Positions 52,290 to 64,000 of a stretch of DNA of 64,000 nt are shown piece by piece; position 1 is the first letter of the stretch; each line of letters starts with the position of its first letter. The DNA comes from Geosiphon pyriformis uo1 (lineage: Eukaryota > Fungi > Glomeromycota). The stretch spans positions 124,001 to 188,000 of the forward strand of contig JAAOMT010000468.1 of NCBI GenBank assembly GCA_016748015.1, written 5' to 3'. A program made the position numbers and the translations under genes. The notes beneath the pieces were generated by a model, which did no database searches, was not told the DNA's origin, and worked only from the letters and a program-made list of their open reading frames with translations.

Positions 52290-55200
52290 CCAAAATCCAA
52301 ATTTTTAAAACTATTTAAGCCTTTTAATAACTCCAAAAAATACTCAATTCTACAATTTAAAACTACCAAAACAACTACTTATTAACAATATTTTATCAGC
52401 AAATATTATTAAAAATAAGACATTTTTTATCATATTTCTTTTTAAATTGAAAGACCAAATTAAAACATTATTATTTAGTAAAGCCATTCTTAACACTAAA
52501 CCAATTATTATTATGTATACTAATATTAAAGTCAATAAATAATTTATTAAACTAATCTTTAATAGTAGTTTAGCAAACAGTATTATTACATGACAACTTA
52601 TAGACCAATTAGATTATTGAGTTAATTACATTGTCTGTGTCAGAATTATTACTGCTGATAAAACAACCAAGACTCTTTTTAATAAAATTAACAACTTTTT
52701 TTTTAAAGTCAATAGTATTATTACACTAATTAAAGTTTTAATCATAAAAATTATGCAATACTAAGTTTTAATTGGTAATAACTGACTGTTTAAGACCAAT
52801 GCTGTGCTTAATTAAAACATTCAAAAACTCTAGTTAATATATGTTAAACAATATAATTAAGCTACTTGCAGTTACTTTAAAACAACTACTATTACTTAAC
52901 AACTACTACTGATTAAGTTTAAAAAAAAAAACCTATTTGAGAAGTTTATCAAGTTTCTTGAACCAAAAAAAACCACAATAAACTGTTACTAATATTTATT
53001 TAAAAAGAAAAACAAACTTTAAGTTACTATTATCACAAAAAAAACAGTTAACAATTAGAATATTTTATATTTAACACTAGTATTAAAGAAATAACTACTC
53101 TATATCTTATTCAAGTATATAGATTACAATAAAAAGCTTTTATTTATAAAAGCTTAGATCTTTTCAGAAGAAAAATATGAAACACATATTTGTTATTATT
53201 ATAAAACATGTTATTAAAAATGCTTTAAATATTTAAAATAACAAAAAAAGTAAGACAATAAATCTTGTTTAACCTATAAAGAAAGTCTACTTGATAAAAA
53301 AATATGAAATAATATTTTTGGTTAAGAAGAAACATGTAACATATTGTGTCAATACACAATTTTTATTAATAACTAAATAAGCAGAAAAATACTTTTTAAT
53401 ATCATATAAAACAAAGCTTTTTCATGTTTAAATGACTACTCATACAATAAAGACAAAATCTGGCAAATGACAAATATTAAAGTTGAAAACACTTTACTTA
53501 GTAAGATATTGACAATTAAAAACAACTCACCAAAATTCATTAAAACTGTTTTCATTTCAAATTCAAATATTTTTGTTAATATTATAAGCAACTTAAAACA
53601 ATTCCATAAATATTATCAAAATTTAGTACTTATATAAAAAAACAAAAATAATATTTAAAATAATTAAACATTAAACTTTATAAATATTGTTTAATTTTTA
53701 GTGACTTTAAATATTGTGACAATTATGATTTCATTTATAATTTATTATTACACATAATTTATTCAATTCTTGAAGAAAAAAACTAATTAGCAAGTGCGCC
53801 TTAAAATTAAAATCAAAATATAATTACAATTCAGACTTTAATGATAACAACAACAATAATTCTAATACTATTTACAATAGCAACAACAATAATAATAATA
53901 ATTCAAACTCTAATAAAAACTTCAAATAATATATTGCACTTCTAAATTTCTTAATAAAACAAAAATTTAAATAATATAATAATAACAACAAAAATATCAT
54001 GCCAAAATGTGCATATAATATTAATACAGAATTTGATTTCAAATATTTCACTAAAACTGTCATCAAATTAAGACTTCATTTATGCACTAGCATAGATTTA
54101 AAATTAGTACTGAAAATTTTGACAACAATAATAATACAATTAATGTTTAGATTTAGCTTAATAAAAAAAGAACTTAATATCAAAAAAAGAATAATTGATG
54201 TAAAATATATAGAAAATATTATTGTAATACTACAAAATAAGTTAAAAAAAGCATATACAATTAAACTAAATGAAAAAATAATACAGACAATATTTTTGTC
54301 TTTAATAAAAATAGCTTAGTTAGTATTAGTAAAAACAAAAAAAAATTAGGAATAACAACAAGAAGTATAAATAAATTTAAATCTATAAGTAGAGTAAAAA
54401 TGCTAGTCAATATGATAAAAGAGAAAACAATTAATCAAGAAAAAATTATCTTTACCTATTAATTAATTTTTATTTTACTATATAATTAGCATATATTAGT
54501 TATTAAAAAGAAAATAAAAAATCAACTTCAAATTTTTGAAGTAGATTATATTATTTGTAAATTAAGAGATATTGCTGTCACTAATCTTTATATACCAGCC
54601 AAAAACCATAAAAACATTAAGATTTTAATATACAATACAACCAAAAATCTAATAAAAATACTAAGTAAAACTATTATTAAATACTTAAGTACTAAAGTTA
54701 AGAATCAAGTACCAATTACTATTCTAAATTTTTCACAACTGTGTAAATATGTAAACATTATATTACAGACTATCTACAGATAAAAAAAATATTATTTGCT
54801 ATAATCAGAATAATAAAAGCAAATAAACTTAAAAAACTTAGACCTATTCTAATATATGTAAATTAAGCTACTATTTAACAATTTTATTAATATTTTTGTA
54901 AGTAAAAATAAATTTAGCAAATTGACATTATTTAGCACCAAATTAAAACTAAAAATATAATACCAATTAAACAAAAAACATATTAAGTATTACTTGCCAG
55001 CCATAAAATAATTTATCAAGAANNNNNNNNNNNNNNNNNNNNATTATTTGTAAATTAAGAGATATTGCTGTCACTAATCTTTATATACCAGCCAAAAACC
55101 ATAAAAACATTAAGATTTTAATATACAATACAACCAAAAATCTAATAAAAATACTAAGTAAAACTATTATTAAATACTTAAGTACTAAAGTTAAGAATCA

Positions 55201-56954
55201 AGTACCAATTACTATTCTAAATTTTTCACAACTGTGTAAATATGTAAACATTATATTACAGACTATCTACAGATAAAAAAAATATTATTTGCTATAATCA
55301 GAATAATAAAAGCAAATAAACTTAAAAAACTTAGACCTATTCTAATATATGTAAATTAAGCTACTATTTAACAATTTTATTAATATTTTTGTAAGTAAAA
55401 ATAAATTTAGCAAATTGACATTATTTAGCACCAAATTAAAACTAAAAATATAATACCAATTAAACAAAAAACATATTAAGTATTACTTGCCAGCCATAAA
55501 ATAATTTATCAAGAAATTAATCATATATTAAATAATAGATTAATTCAATTATCAATTAGTTTATAGTTATTATTAATAGTACTTATTTAAAAAAAAAATA
55601 GAAAAATCTGTTTTTGTGTAAATTATAGAAAACTTAACAGTATTACTTGTGGAAACATCTACTTAATTCCACAAATTCAAGAATTATTTGATGTTTTTGA
55701 AAAAAAAATGGTTTTCTATATTAAATTTAGGTAATAATTATTAATAAATAATTATAAATCCAATTGACAAAAAAAAACAACATTCACTACTAAAGAAAAA
55801 AACTTTAAATTTGATGTTATGCTTTTTGGCTTAACCAATACTTTAATTATTTTTTAATAACTAGTAAAAATTGTTTATACTGAATTACTATATAAATCAG
55901 TATTAATATACTTAAATAACACCAATATATTTTCTAAGATATTTAATAATCATCTTTACTATTTTCAACAAGTGTTCAAAAGATTAAGAAAAACAGGATT
56001 AAAATTAAATACTACTAAGTATTTCTTTAAAAAAACTGAATTCAAGTTTTTGGAACATATTATAAACAAAAACAACATTAAAATAAATTCAGATAAAATT
56101 AAAATAATTAAAAACTTTTCAGTACTAACAAACTTAACAAAACTAAGAACATTTTTGGAATTTGCTAAATACTATCATTATTTTATTCAGAATTTTTCCA
56201 AATTGGCTCAACTATTATACCAGTTTCAAGCAAAAAACACTAAGTATAAATAGACTAAAAAGCAACAAAAAGCTTTTGATACATTAAAAAAAAGCTCATT
56301 CAAGCTCTAGTATTAATCTATTCAGATTATAGTAAATTATTTATTATTACTATTAATGTATTAAATTAAGCATTAAAAGCTATACTATTACAAAAAAAAT
56401 TGAATAGATAAAAACATTTAATAATATATATTAGTCAAAGTTTAAGTCTAGCAAAAAAAAACTATGGAACTTTAGCATTAAAATATTTAGCTATCTATTA
56501 AGCTGTTATTAAATAAAAGAAATAATTAAAGCAAAAATTTGATATATATACTGATTACAAAAAATTAACATCAATTCAGAAGCAAAAATTTGGAAACAAT
56601 TACTATATAAGATAAAAAATAAAACTATTATTATTTAATTATATACTATATTATAAAAAAGAAAAAAAAAACAGAAATGCTAATGATTTATTACAAATAA
56701 AACAAATCTAAAAAATATTTTAATCCAAAAATATAACAAAAGATGAATACATAAAAATATTAATAACTTCAATATTATATAAATATTCAATAATTTAAAG
56801 AAAAATTATTTCAAAAAAAACAAAACAACATAAAACAACAATCAAAATATTTTATTACTTACCAAAATATACTATATTGAAAAAACAAAAAAAATTTAGA
56901 CCAGCTATTTAAAGTAATCACAAAATTAGAAAAAAACAATATTATTCTATATGT
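52290..56954 (+). mobile_element. Old, 5'-truncated Ty3/gypsy element E (PR, Cys-rich, dUTPase, RT, RH, start of IN), extremely mutated
   Basis: Colinear with 12150-16520 with pervasive G>A/C>T. Interrupted by F at the IN HHCC region. Confidence 0.85.
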
Positions 56955-57936
56955 TGTTACCAGATGAAATTAGAGATATTGTTTAGCATGAAATTACCCT
57001 TATAAATCTTATCATTAATTAACATATATTATTGTTTCAAATTATCACTTATTATATTAGCAAAATGTTCGAAATTATCATTTAATTAATAACCCAATTT
57101 GTACATAACACAAATGTAATCTAAGTGTGATGATCAATCATGTAATACCCCGAAATATGTAACATTCAAAAGTTCGCCAAAATTTGTAGAAATTTGCCGA
57201 AATAATTAATAGTTCACCGAAATATCTAATAGTTCACAGAAATAACTTGTAATTTGCCAAAATGTATCTTTAGTTCAGTGAAATTGTAGAAAAGAGCAAA
57301 GTTCAAGTTCATGGAATAGTGTTACAACAAGTTGTATAAAAGAAGAGCTTCTCTCTTTGAGAAAATATATCTTACTTTAGATTTATCACTTAGAACTATT
57401 TCTACACACACAAAAAGAAATAAAATATCAAATAATTTGAAAACCCAATTTCTTTAAATATTGCACTTGGAAAATCTCCAAAAATCCAACTAATGTTTTG
57501 AAATTGATTAGCTACCAATTTCAGTAAACTGTTAGTAACTTCAGGTCTGGATAGAAAACGTTTCTCTTGACAGAATTCTATTTCTTTTACATTTCTTTTA
57601 TTTTTTTTTTATTTTTTTATTATAATCATTAGAGTAGCCTACAGATGAGATTCTGGTAGAAGAGTTGACTTTTACAGCAAAGTAACTACACATTTTTAGT
57701 GAGCTTCCAAACAAGCAATTCCTGGAAAAGAGTTGACATTTACTACAACATAACTATACAAAGTAACTGGCACAGAATTGGCCATCCCACTTATAAGCCC
57801 AGCAGTTCAAATTATAGAAGATAATTTGAAGATAAAATTCAGTTATCGGAGGTTTAAACACTTCCCATAGTCATGAATTAACAGCATTACAACAAACATA
57901 CAAGAGCTAAGAAGAGACCAAAAATCTCCAGTAACA
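56955..57936 (+). repeat. 5' LTR of element F
   Basis: TGTTACCAG...AGTAACA, followed by the PBS. Central part matches the family-1 LTRs. Confidence 0.93.
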
Positions 57937-60900
57937 TTTGGTGCTCTCTCACGGAAATAACACAGTGACAACAACTTCAAAAGTGGTAACTCAAACAGAT
58001 TCAAGAACTCTAGAGTATTATCAGTCAATTTACACCCACTGCAAGCAGAGATTTGACATCCTAGACGGAATTGAAACATTCAAAAAAACACTTTACCAGT
58101 ACATTGAAAATCACATCAACAATTATCTTCTTGGAGACTACAACATTTCAGAAGTTAGACACAACTTATATGAAAGCTTAGTACATTACTCTCGTCTAAA
58201 CACTTAGAATTTTAACAGTCAAACACTTGAAACATATTTCCAAGAACTCAACTTCAATATCATTCAGTATTGTGAAGAAAATTACCCAGTAGAACAGAAA
58301 TTTTCTCTTAGTTTTGAATCAGAAACAGAAGAAGAAAAAGAAAAAAGGAAACAAAAACTCAAAACTACTCCCAATACACCTAAAACCACTGCCAAACATT
58401 TACAAACTCCAGAACCAGGAACCAGCTTTAAATTACCACTCTCAATCACACCATTTCCAGCTTCACTTGCTCAACTGCAAACACCAAGCTCACCACTTAT
58501 TCGGTTTTCAAGAATAGAAGATTTTCAGTCACCCAAAAGCCCTATTCAACAACAGAAACCAATATTAACCAGCACAAACCTTATTGACTACTTAGCAAAA
58601 AATCAAAGTGAAGAGACTGAATCAGAACAAGAAACAGAAAACTCAGAAAACAAAGAAGAAATAGCCTCCACATATATCGCAAAAATCCCTGAGTTCACAG
58701 GAAAAGACAGTAAAACCAGTCCTCAAGAATGGCTTGACAAAGTCTCAAAAGCAGAAGATGCAAATGGTTGGAATGCTGCCAGAATGTTAAAAGAAATTCT
58801 ATACTTCTTACAAGGAACAGCTGGTGAATAGTTTGAAAACTTAGAAGTCTCACTAGAAAACTGGGAAGCATTCAAAACTGCTTTTCTAGAACAGTTTACT
58901 AACAATAACACTTCCATTACCCTTCGAAATCAGTTCTGAAATATTAAGCAAGAACCAAGTAAATCAGTTATAATCTACCTTAGAAAATTCAACAAACTGC
59001 TTAGAAGGATTTGCCAATTGGAAACAAATGAATACTACTCCAATACACAAATCTTGGATCAATTCATTGCTGGACTAAAAGACAAACTTATCAAGAAAGT
59101 TCACCCACATGTACTAGAAGATTTAGCCACTGCTATTCAACAGGCAAAAAACTATGAAATGGCCATAGAAGAAGCCAATCATACTAAACTTGTTAACCTG
59201 GCTATTGAAAAAACCAGCTCAGCAGCTGAAAAAAAGATTGACCAATTAACCAAGAAAGTTAAAAACTACTTCACCAACCAACAGCAACAACAGCAGCCAC
59301 AGCAATCACAACAACCACAAAGATACCAACTCTCACAATGACACAATCAAAACAACTTCGGACCACCATCCAACAACCAAATCCAAAATTGCCATTACTG
59401 TGGAATCCCTGGCCACTGGAAAAAAGATTGCAGAAAGCTACAACGAGACCAACAAAATAGGAGTAATTGACATTACTCTCCACCACAGCAATCTTATTAT
59501 CAACTACTACTACCAGCTTACTATCCACCAAGACCCCAATACCAAAATAACTATTATCAGCCCACCTCACAGCCAATCCAACAGCAATACCAACAACCAC
59601 CCACACAACATTATCAAGTATCTGCTCAAAGATTGATTACACAAAATTAATTCACACCACAAAACCGATACCAAGTAAACAACAATAGAATCAGTTCAAA
59701 CAACCAATTGGTTCCCCGAAATTCTGCTCAACCAAGATCCAACCACTATCACACTCAACCCAGTTATTTAACAATGCCAGAAGAACAGGATTTTTACTAT
59801 ACTGCACTTTCGGAAGGTAGAGCTGTAGCACAACAACAAAATTCTTCTCATAACCACACCACTATTCTACCAGCCAGAATTGCTGAAAATGCCAATTTTT
59901 CCAATATCTTTCTTTTCGAGTTCAAAGCCAATGAATTACCATTTCTACTTAGCAATGCTGCTGCAAATGAACAGAAAGCAATCACAGCTATGTATACTAA
60001 AGCTAAAGTTGAAGAAAAGACAATTTGCTTAATCCTAGATAGTGGATCTGTTAGAAGTATTATTACTTACCAGTTGATACAACAGTTAAAAAGAAATGTT
60101 GACCGACCAGCTCAAACAGTAATTGTCATTATCGATGGCATGAAAAAGACTCCAGTGGGAGAAATTGACAATTTTCCATTCACTCTTGATGGAATCACCA
60201 TTCCAGTCAAAGTTCTTATAATGAACACTCCTTAGTATCAAGCCCTTGTCAGAAATAACTGGCTTCAAAAAGCCAATACAAAATTAGACTGAGAAACCCA
60301 AGAACTACAAATCTCTTACCAAAGACAACATGTCCAAGTACCTGCCACTTGTAGTATATTCAACAAATGCTCCGAAAAAGCCCCGGCTTTTGAATTCAAA
60401 CCAGAAGAAGAAAAACCAATAATCGAAACATTTATGGCTCTTGGGTCAATATCCAATTGGGCTGGTGAAACTGAACAAGAACATTTTATCCCACACTCCA
60501 AACCCAAAACTCCTGGATGGAATATCCCTTACTTAAAGACTAAGCCAAAGAAACAATGCCTCTACATTCCCCTTAAATATAAGGACTGCCACAAAAAACT
60601 ATTGTCAATGGAAGCTTGTATTTCACCTGAGGAAGAATATGAAAGTCACACCTGCTACTATTGCAAGGCCTGCTATCAAGAATAATGGGACCACTTGATC
60701 AAAAGAAGCGGAAAATGGGATAGAACATCCTGTCTTACTTGTGAAAAACAGCTTTTCAATGAATGTGACTGAATTAATGTTGTATTTAGAGGAAGAGTTT
60801 GCAATCAAACTTGTCAATATGCTTTTTCTATTGTGGAAAAAGTAAAACGTGGAACACCTTTCAATACTGCATACAATAGTGCCCTCAGCAAACTCTATCA

Positions 60901-61304
60901 CTACCCTCATGACGCCGAAATAATCTACAAACTTGCCATGGTTTTAATTAATGGAGGAACCAAAGAAGATGTTCTTCAAATGAAGGAAGCTAAATATATT
61001 GAATATACATTGGAATTAGCTGAATTTGATTATGAAGATGAAATAGAAGTATACCACCAAATTGCAAGTCACACCTACCTGACCCAAGAAGCTCAAATTC
61101 AATGATTAGAGCAAATAAACATTAAATTATGTAAGAAGTGTATAATGCCATACGACGAACAATAGTGTCCTGAATGCTATGCTCTTAGCATTCCATTGTT
61201 CAGCAAAAGTGATGAATACAAAATTGAATTCAAAGAACCTGAAGCAACAGAAAAAATTGAAACAACACCCATCTACTTCATCAAAAATCAGCCTGCTTTA
61301 CAAC

Positions 61305-61730
61305 TCAAATACTTCAACAACAATGGACAAAGAATAAAACTGGAAAAAGCACATGAAATTGATGCTGGATATGATCTACGATATCTAGGAAAAGACACTT
61401 TGGTTCTTTAACCAAATTTCCTTACCAAAATCAACCTCAAAATTGTCCTCAAAATCTCACCAGAAGCAATAGTCCAAATTGCTTCACAATCATCATTGGC
61501 AAGCAAAGGAATCAATGTTAGAGGGGAAATCATAGATGCTGGATATACAGGAAATATTACAATTATGTTATAAAATGAAACCAATAAACCTTTTCAGATT
61601 GAACATGCTGAAAAAATTGCTCAAGCTATTTATTTACCCTTAATCAACATTTTGGGTTTACAATTAGTCAGTCAAAGAGAACAATTAAGAAAAAGTAGAA
61701 GAAGAACCAATGGTTTGGGTTCAACTGGAT
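61305..61730 (+). pseudogene. dUTPase domain of F
   Basis: DAGYDL, ASQSSLASKG, GEIIDAGYTG, KIAQ and NGLGSTG. Confidence 0.9.
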
Positions 61731-64000
61731 GATTCACAGTTCCAGTAAACATAGCTCTTAATGAACAAAGTGAATCTTACCAGATTCTATGACTTCCACA
61801 ACTAATTACTATTTCACTCTTTGGAAAACATCCTGAAATTTACACTTGTGAAAAGCCAATGACCACACAACAAATTTTTGAGTTCAATAAACGAATCTGC
61901 TTGGAACATAATATCTTAATCCCAAATATTTACATCCCAGAAGAAACAAAGAAAGTCTGAGTTACTTTTTACAACCCCAATAATTACTCCATAGTTTTAT
62001 TAAATAACTTAGAAATTGGAGTTATTTACAGTAATATCTTTCAACAAGAATTACCCCAAACAGTCCCCGATTTCTCTAAAATTATTGGACATTCACTACC
62101 AAAAATCAACCCAAACTCCAGCTCTGAAAACTACCATGTTGTCATAGAAAAACTATCTCGAATCAACATGGAACAACTTGAACCACAACAACAGAGCCAG
62201 CTCAAAGAGCTAATTGCAGAATTTGCCAATATTTTTGCCGAAAACAACAATAACTTAGGAAGAACTGATTTGGTTCAACACCAAATTTATACAGGAGATG
62301 CCAAACCAAGGCAACAGCAAGCCTACCAAATTGCTCCAGAAAGTCACCAATTTATCCGCAAAGAAGTACAATAGATGCTCAACAATGGGCTTATTCAACC
62401 ATCAATAAGTCCATGGGCCTTACCTGTAGTCTTAGTTAAAAAGAAAAATGGAAAGATACAATTTTGTGTTGATTATTGACAATTCAACAGTGTTATCATT
62501 GGAGATGCCTATCCCCTTCCCCAAATTGATGATATGTTGGATGCCCTTGGAAAATCTAAATACTTTTCGACATTAGATTTAGAGAGTGAATACTGGCAAG
62601 TTGCCATGGATCCTGAAAATCACCCCAAAACAGCATTCACCACTTAAAAAAGAAATTACGAGTTCAATGTAATGCTTTTTGGATTATGCAATACACCAGC
62701 AACATTCCAAAGACTTATGAATGTTGTTTACAAAGGCCTCCTTTGGAAATCAGTAGTTGTCTATCTTGATAATACTGATGTTTATTCACCATCTTTTGAG
62801 TTACACTTAAAACACCTGTGAAAAGTTTTTCAACAATTACAGAAAGCAGGATTGAAACTGAACATCAAAAAATGCTACTTCGGAAAAATGAGTTTGGCTT
62901 TTCTTGGTCACATTGTTAGCAAAGATGGAATTAAACCAGACTCTAGAAAAATCAGCACTGTCAAAAACTTCAAGACTCCACGAAATACCACAGAATTAAG
63001 AAGATTTATTGGATTAGCATCTTATTACCAAAAATTCATCAAAGGATTCTCAGAAATCACAAAACCCCTCAACCAGCTCATTACTAAAAACATCAAATAC
63101 AAATAGATGGAAGAACACCAAAAAGCTTTTGAAATTTTCAAGAAAAAGCTGACAACAGCTCCAATTCTCGCCTATTCAGACTTTAGTAACCAATTTCGAC
63201 TAGCTACAAATGCTTCTTACACTGCCTTTGGTGCCATCTTATCACAATTAGATGATAACGGAAATGAGCAAGTAATTGCTTATGCTAGCAGAACATTAAA
63301 ACCAGCTGAGAAAAACTACTTTGCCACAGAACTAAAAACAGCCGCCGTAATTTGGGCTCTACACCACTTCAACCTTTATCTCAGGCCTAAAGAATTCGAC
63401 ATTATCACTGATAATATTGGACTCAAATAGTTTCAAAACAAAAACACTCAGCTAAATGCCAAACAAACCTGATGGACAGGATTTTTATCTAACTACCAAT
63501 ACATTGTACATTACAAACCAGGAAAACTCCACACCAATATTGATTGTCTCTCAAAAATGAGGCAAGATTAGAACATAAAACCAACATCCATTTGAATTAA
63601 CAACAAGACAACAAACAATGAACTCTGAAAACTACAACAATCTTAAACAATATTTGGAGACATTAACAATTCCAACAGATTGGTCTGCAGATAAAAAACA
63701 CTGATTACAACAACAAGCCAAACAATATCTCTTATACAACAACATGATTTATTATCGAAACTTCAGAAACCCAGACAATCCACTCAGATTAATACAAAAA
63801 CATGAAAAAGAAACCATTTTATATAACATGCACTCAAACCTTTCATTAACACACCTAGGAAAAGACAGCACCACCCAGAAAACACTAGAATATTACTTTT
63901 GGCCTTGAATGAGAAAAGACATTCATAAATATGTTAAGTCTTGTAATAGTTGTTAAAGAAAAAAAAGAACTTGCCCTACAGAACCTTTAAACCCAATCAA

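Larger units (their letters stand above)
56955..64000 (+). mobile_element. Ty3/gypsy element F (family-1 relative): 5' LTR, PBS, gag, PR, Cys-rich, dUTPase, RT, RH, start of IN; runs off the window
   Basis: LTR 56955-57936 and PBS TGGTGCTCTCTCACGG. Knuckle CHYCGIPGHWKKDC (~59390), LILDSGS (~60030), DAGYDL..GLGSTG. RH stop at 63569-63571 and IN ATG at 63618. Left flank ATGT. Confidence 0.93.

Noticed and set aside
54549-55513. Apparent ~470-bp tandem duplication in element E
   Set aside because: The copies look identical in otherwise heavily decayed DNA and flank an N gap (55023-55042), so this is most likely a contig-overlap artefact.

Overview
AT-rich eukaryotic fungal DNA with short spliceosomal introns and the standard genetic code. 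Gene and TE style suggest Glomeromycotina, possibly Geosiphon-like; this is recollection and was not checked. Three zones. (1) 1-~26.9 kb is a five-level nest of decayed retroelements: a LINE-like ORF1 remnant, then Ty3/gypsy element D, inverted element C, tandem element B1/B2 sharing one LTR, and element A, plus a solo LTR. (2) ~27-46.7 kb is a compact host-gene island: delta-COP, eRF1, an S/T-P-rich orphan, ROK1/DDX52, ETF-QO, a stefin/cystatin-like gene, KGD4/YMR31 and a ZZZ3-like gene. (3) 47-64 kb holds a MITE, a decayed hAT with a solo LTR, an old gypsy E and a younger gypsy F nested in it. Main findings: (a) the gypsy elements appear tricistronic, Gag-PR-Cys-rich-dUTPase-RT-RNaseH / stop / free-standing integrase ORF / conserved unknown ORF3, with 4-bp TSDs and a putative intron removing the LTR end and PBS; (b) eRF1 has a leaky-context stop, an open readthrough frame and a 3'UTR intron, the layout of a readthrough/NMD autoregulatory circuit; (c) repeats, but not genes, show heavy, largely non-CpG C>T/G>A hypermutation resembling RIP. 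Coordinates were read by hand, and TE boundaries in decayed regions are approximate.
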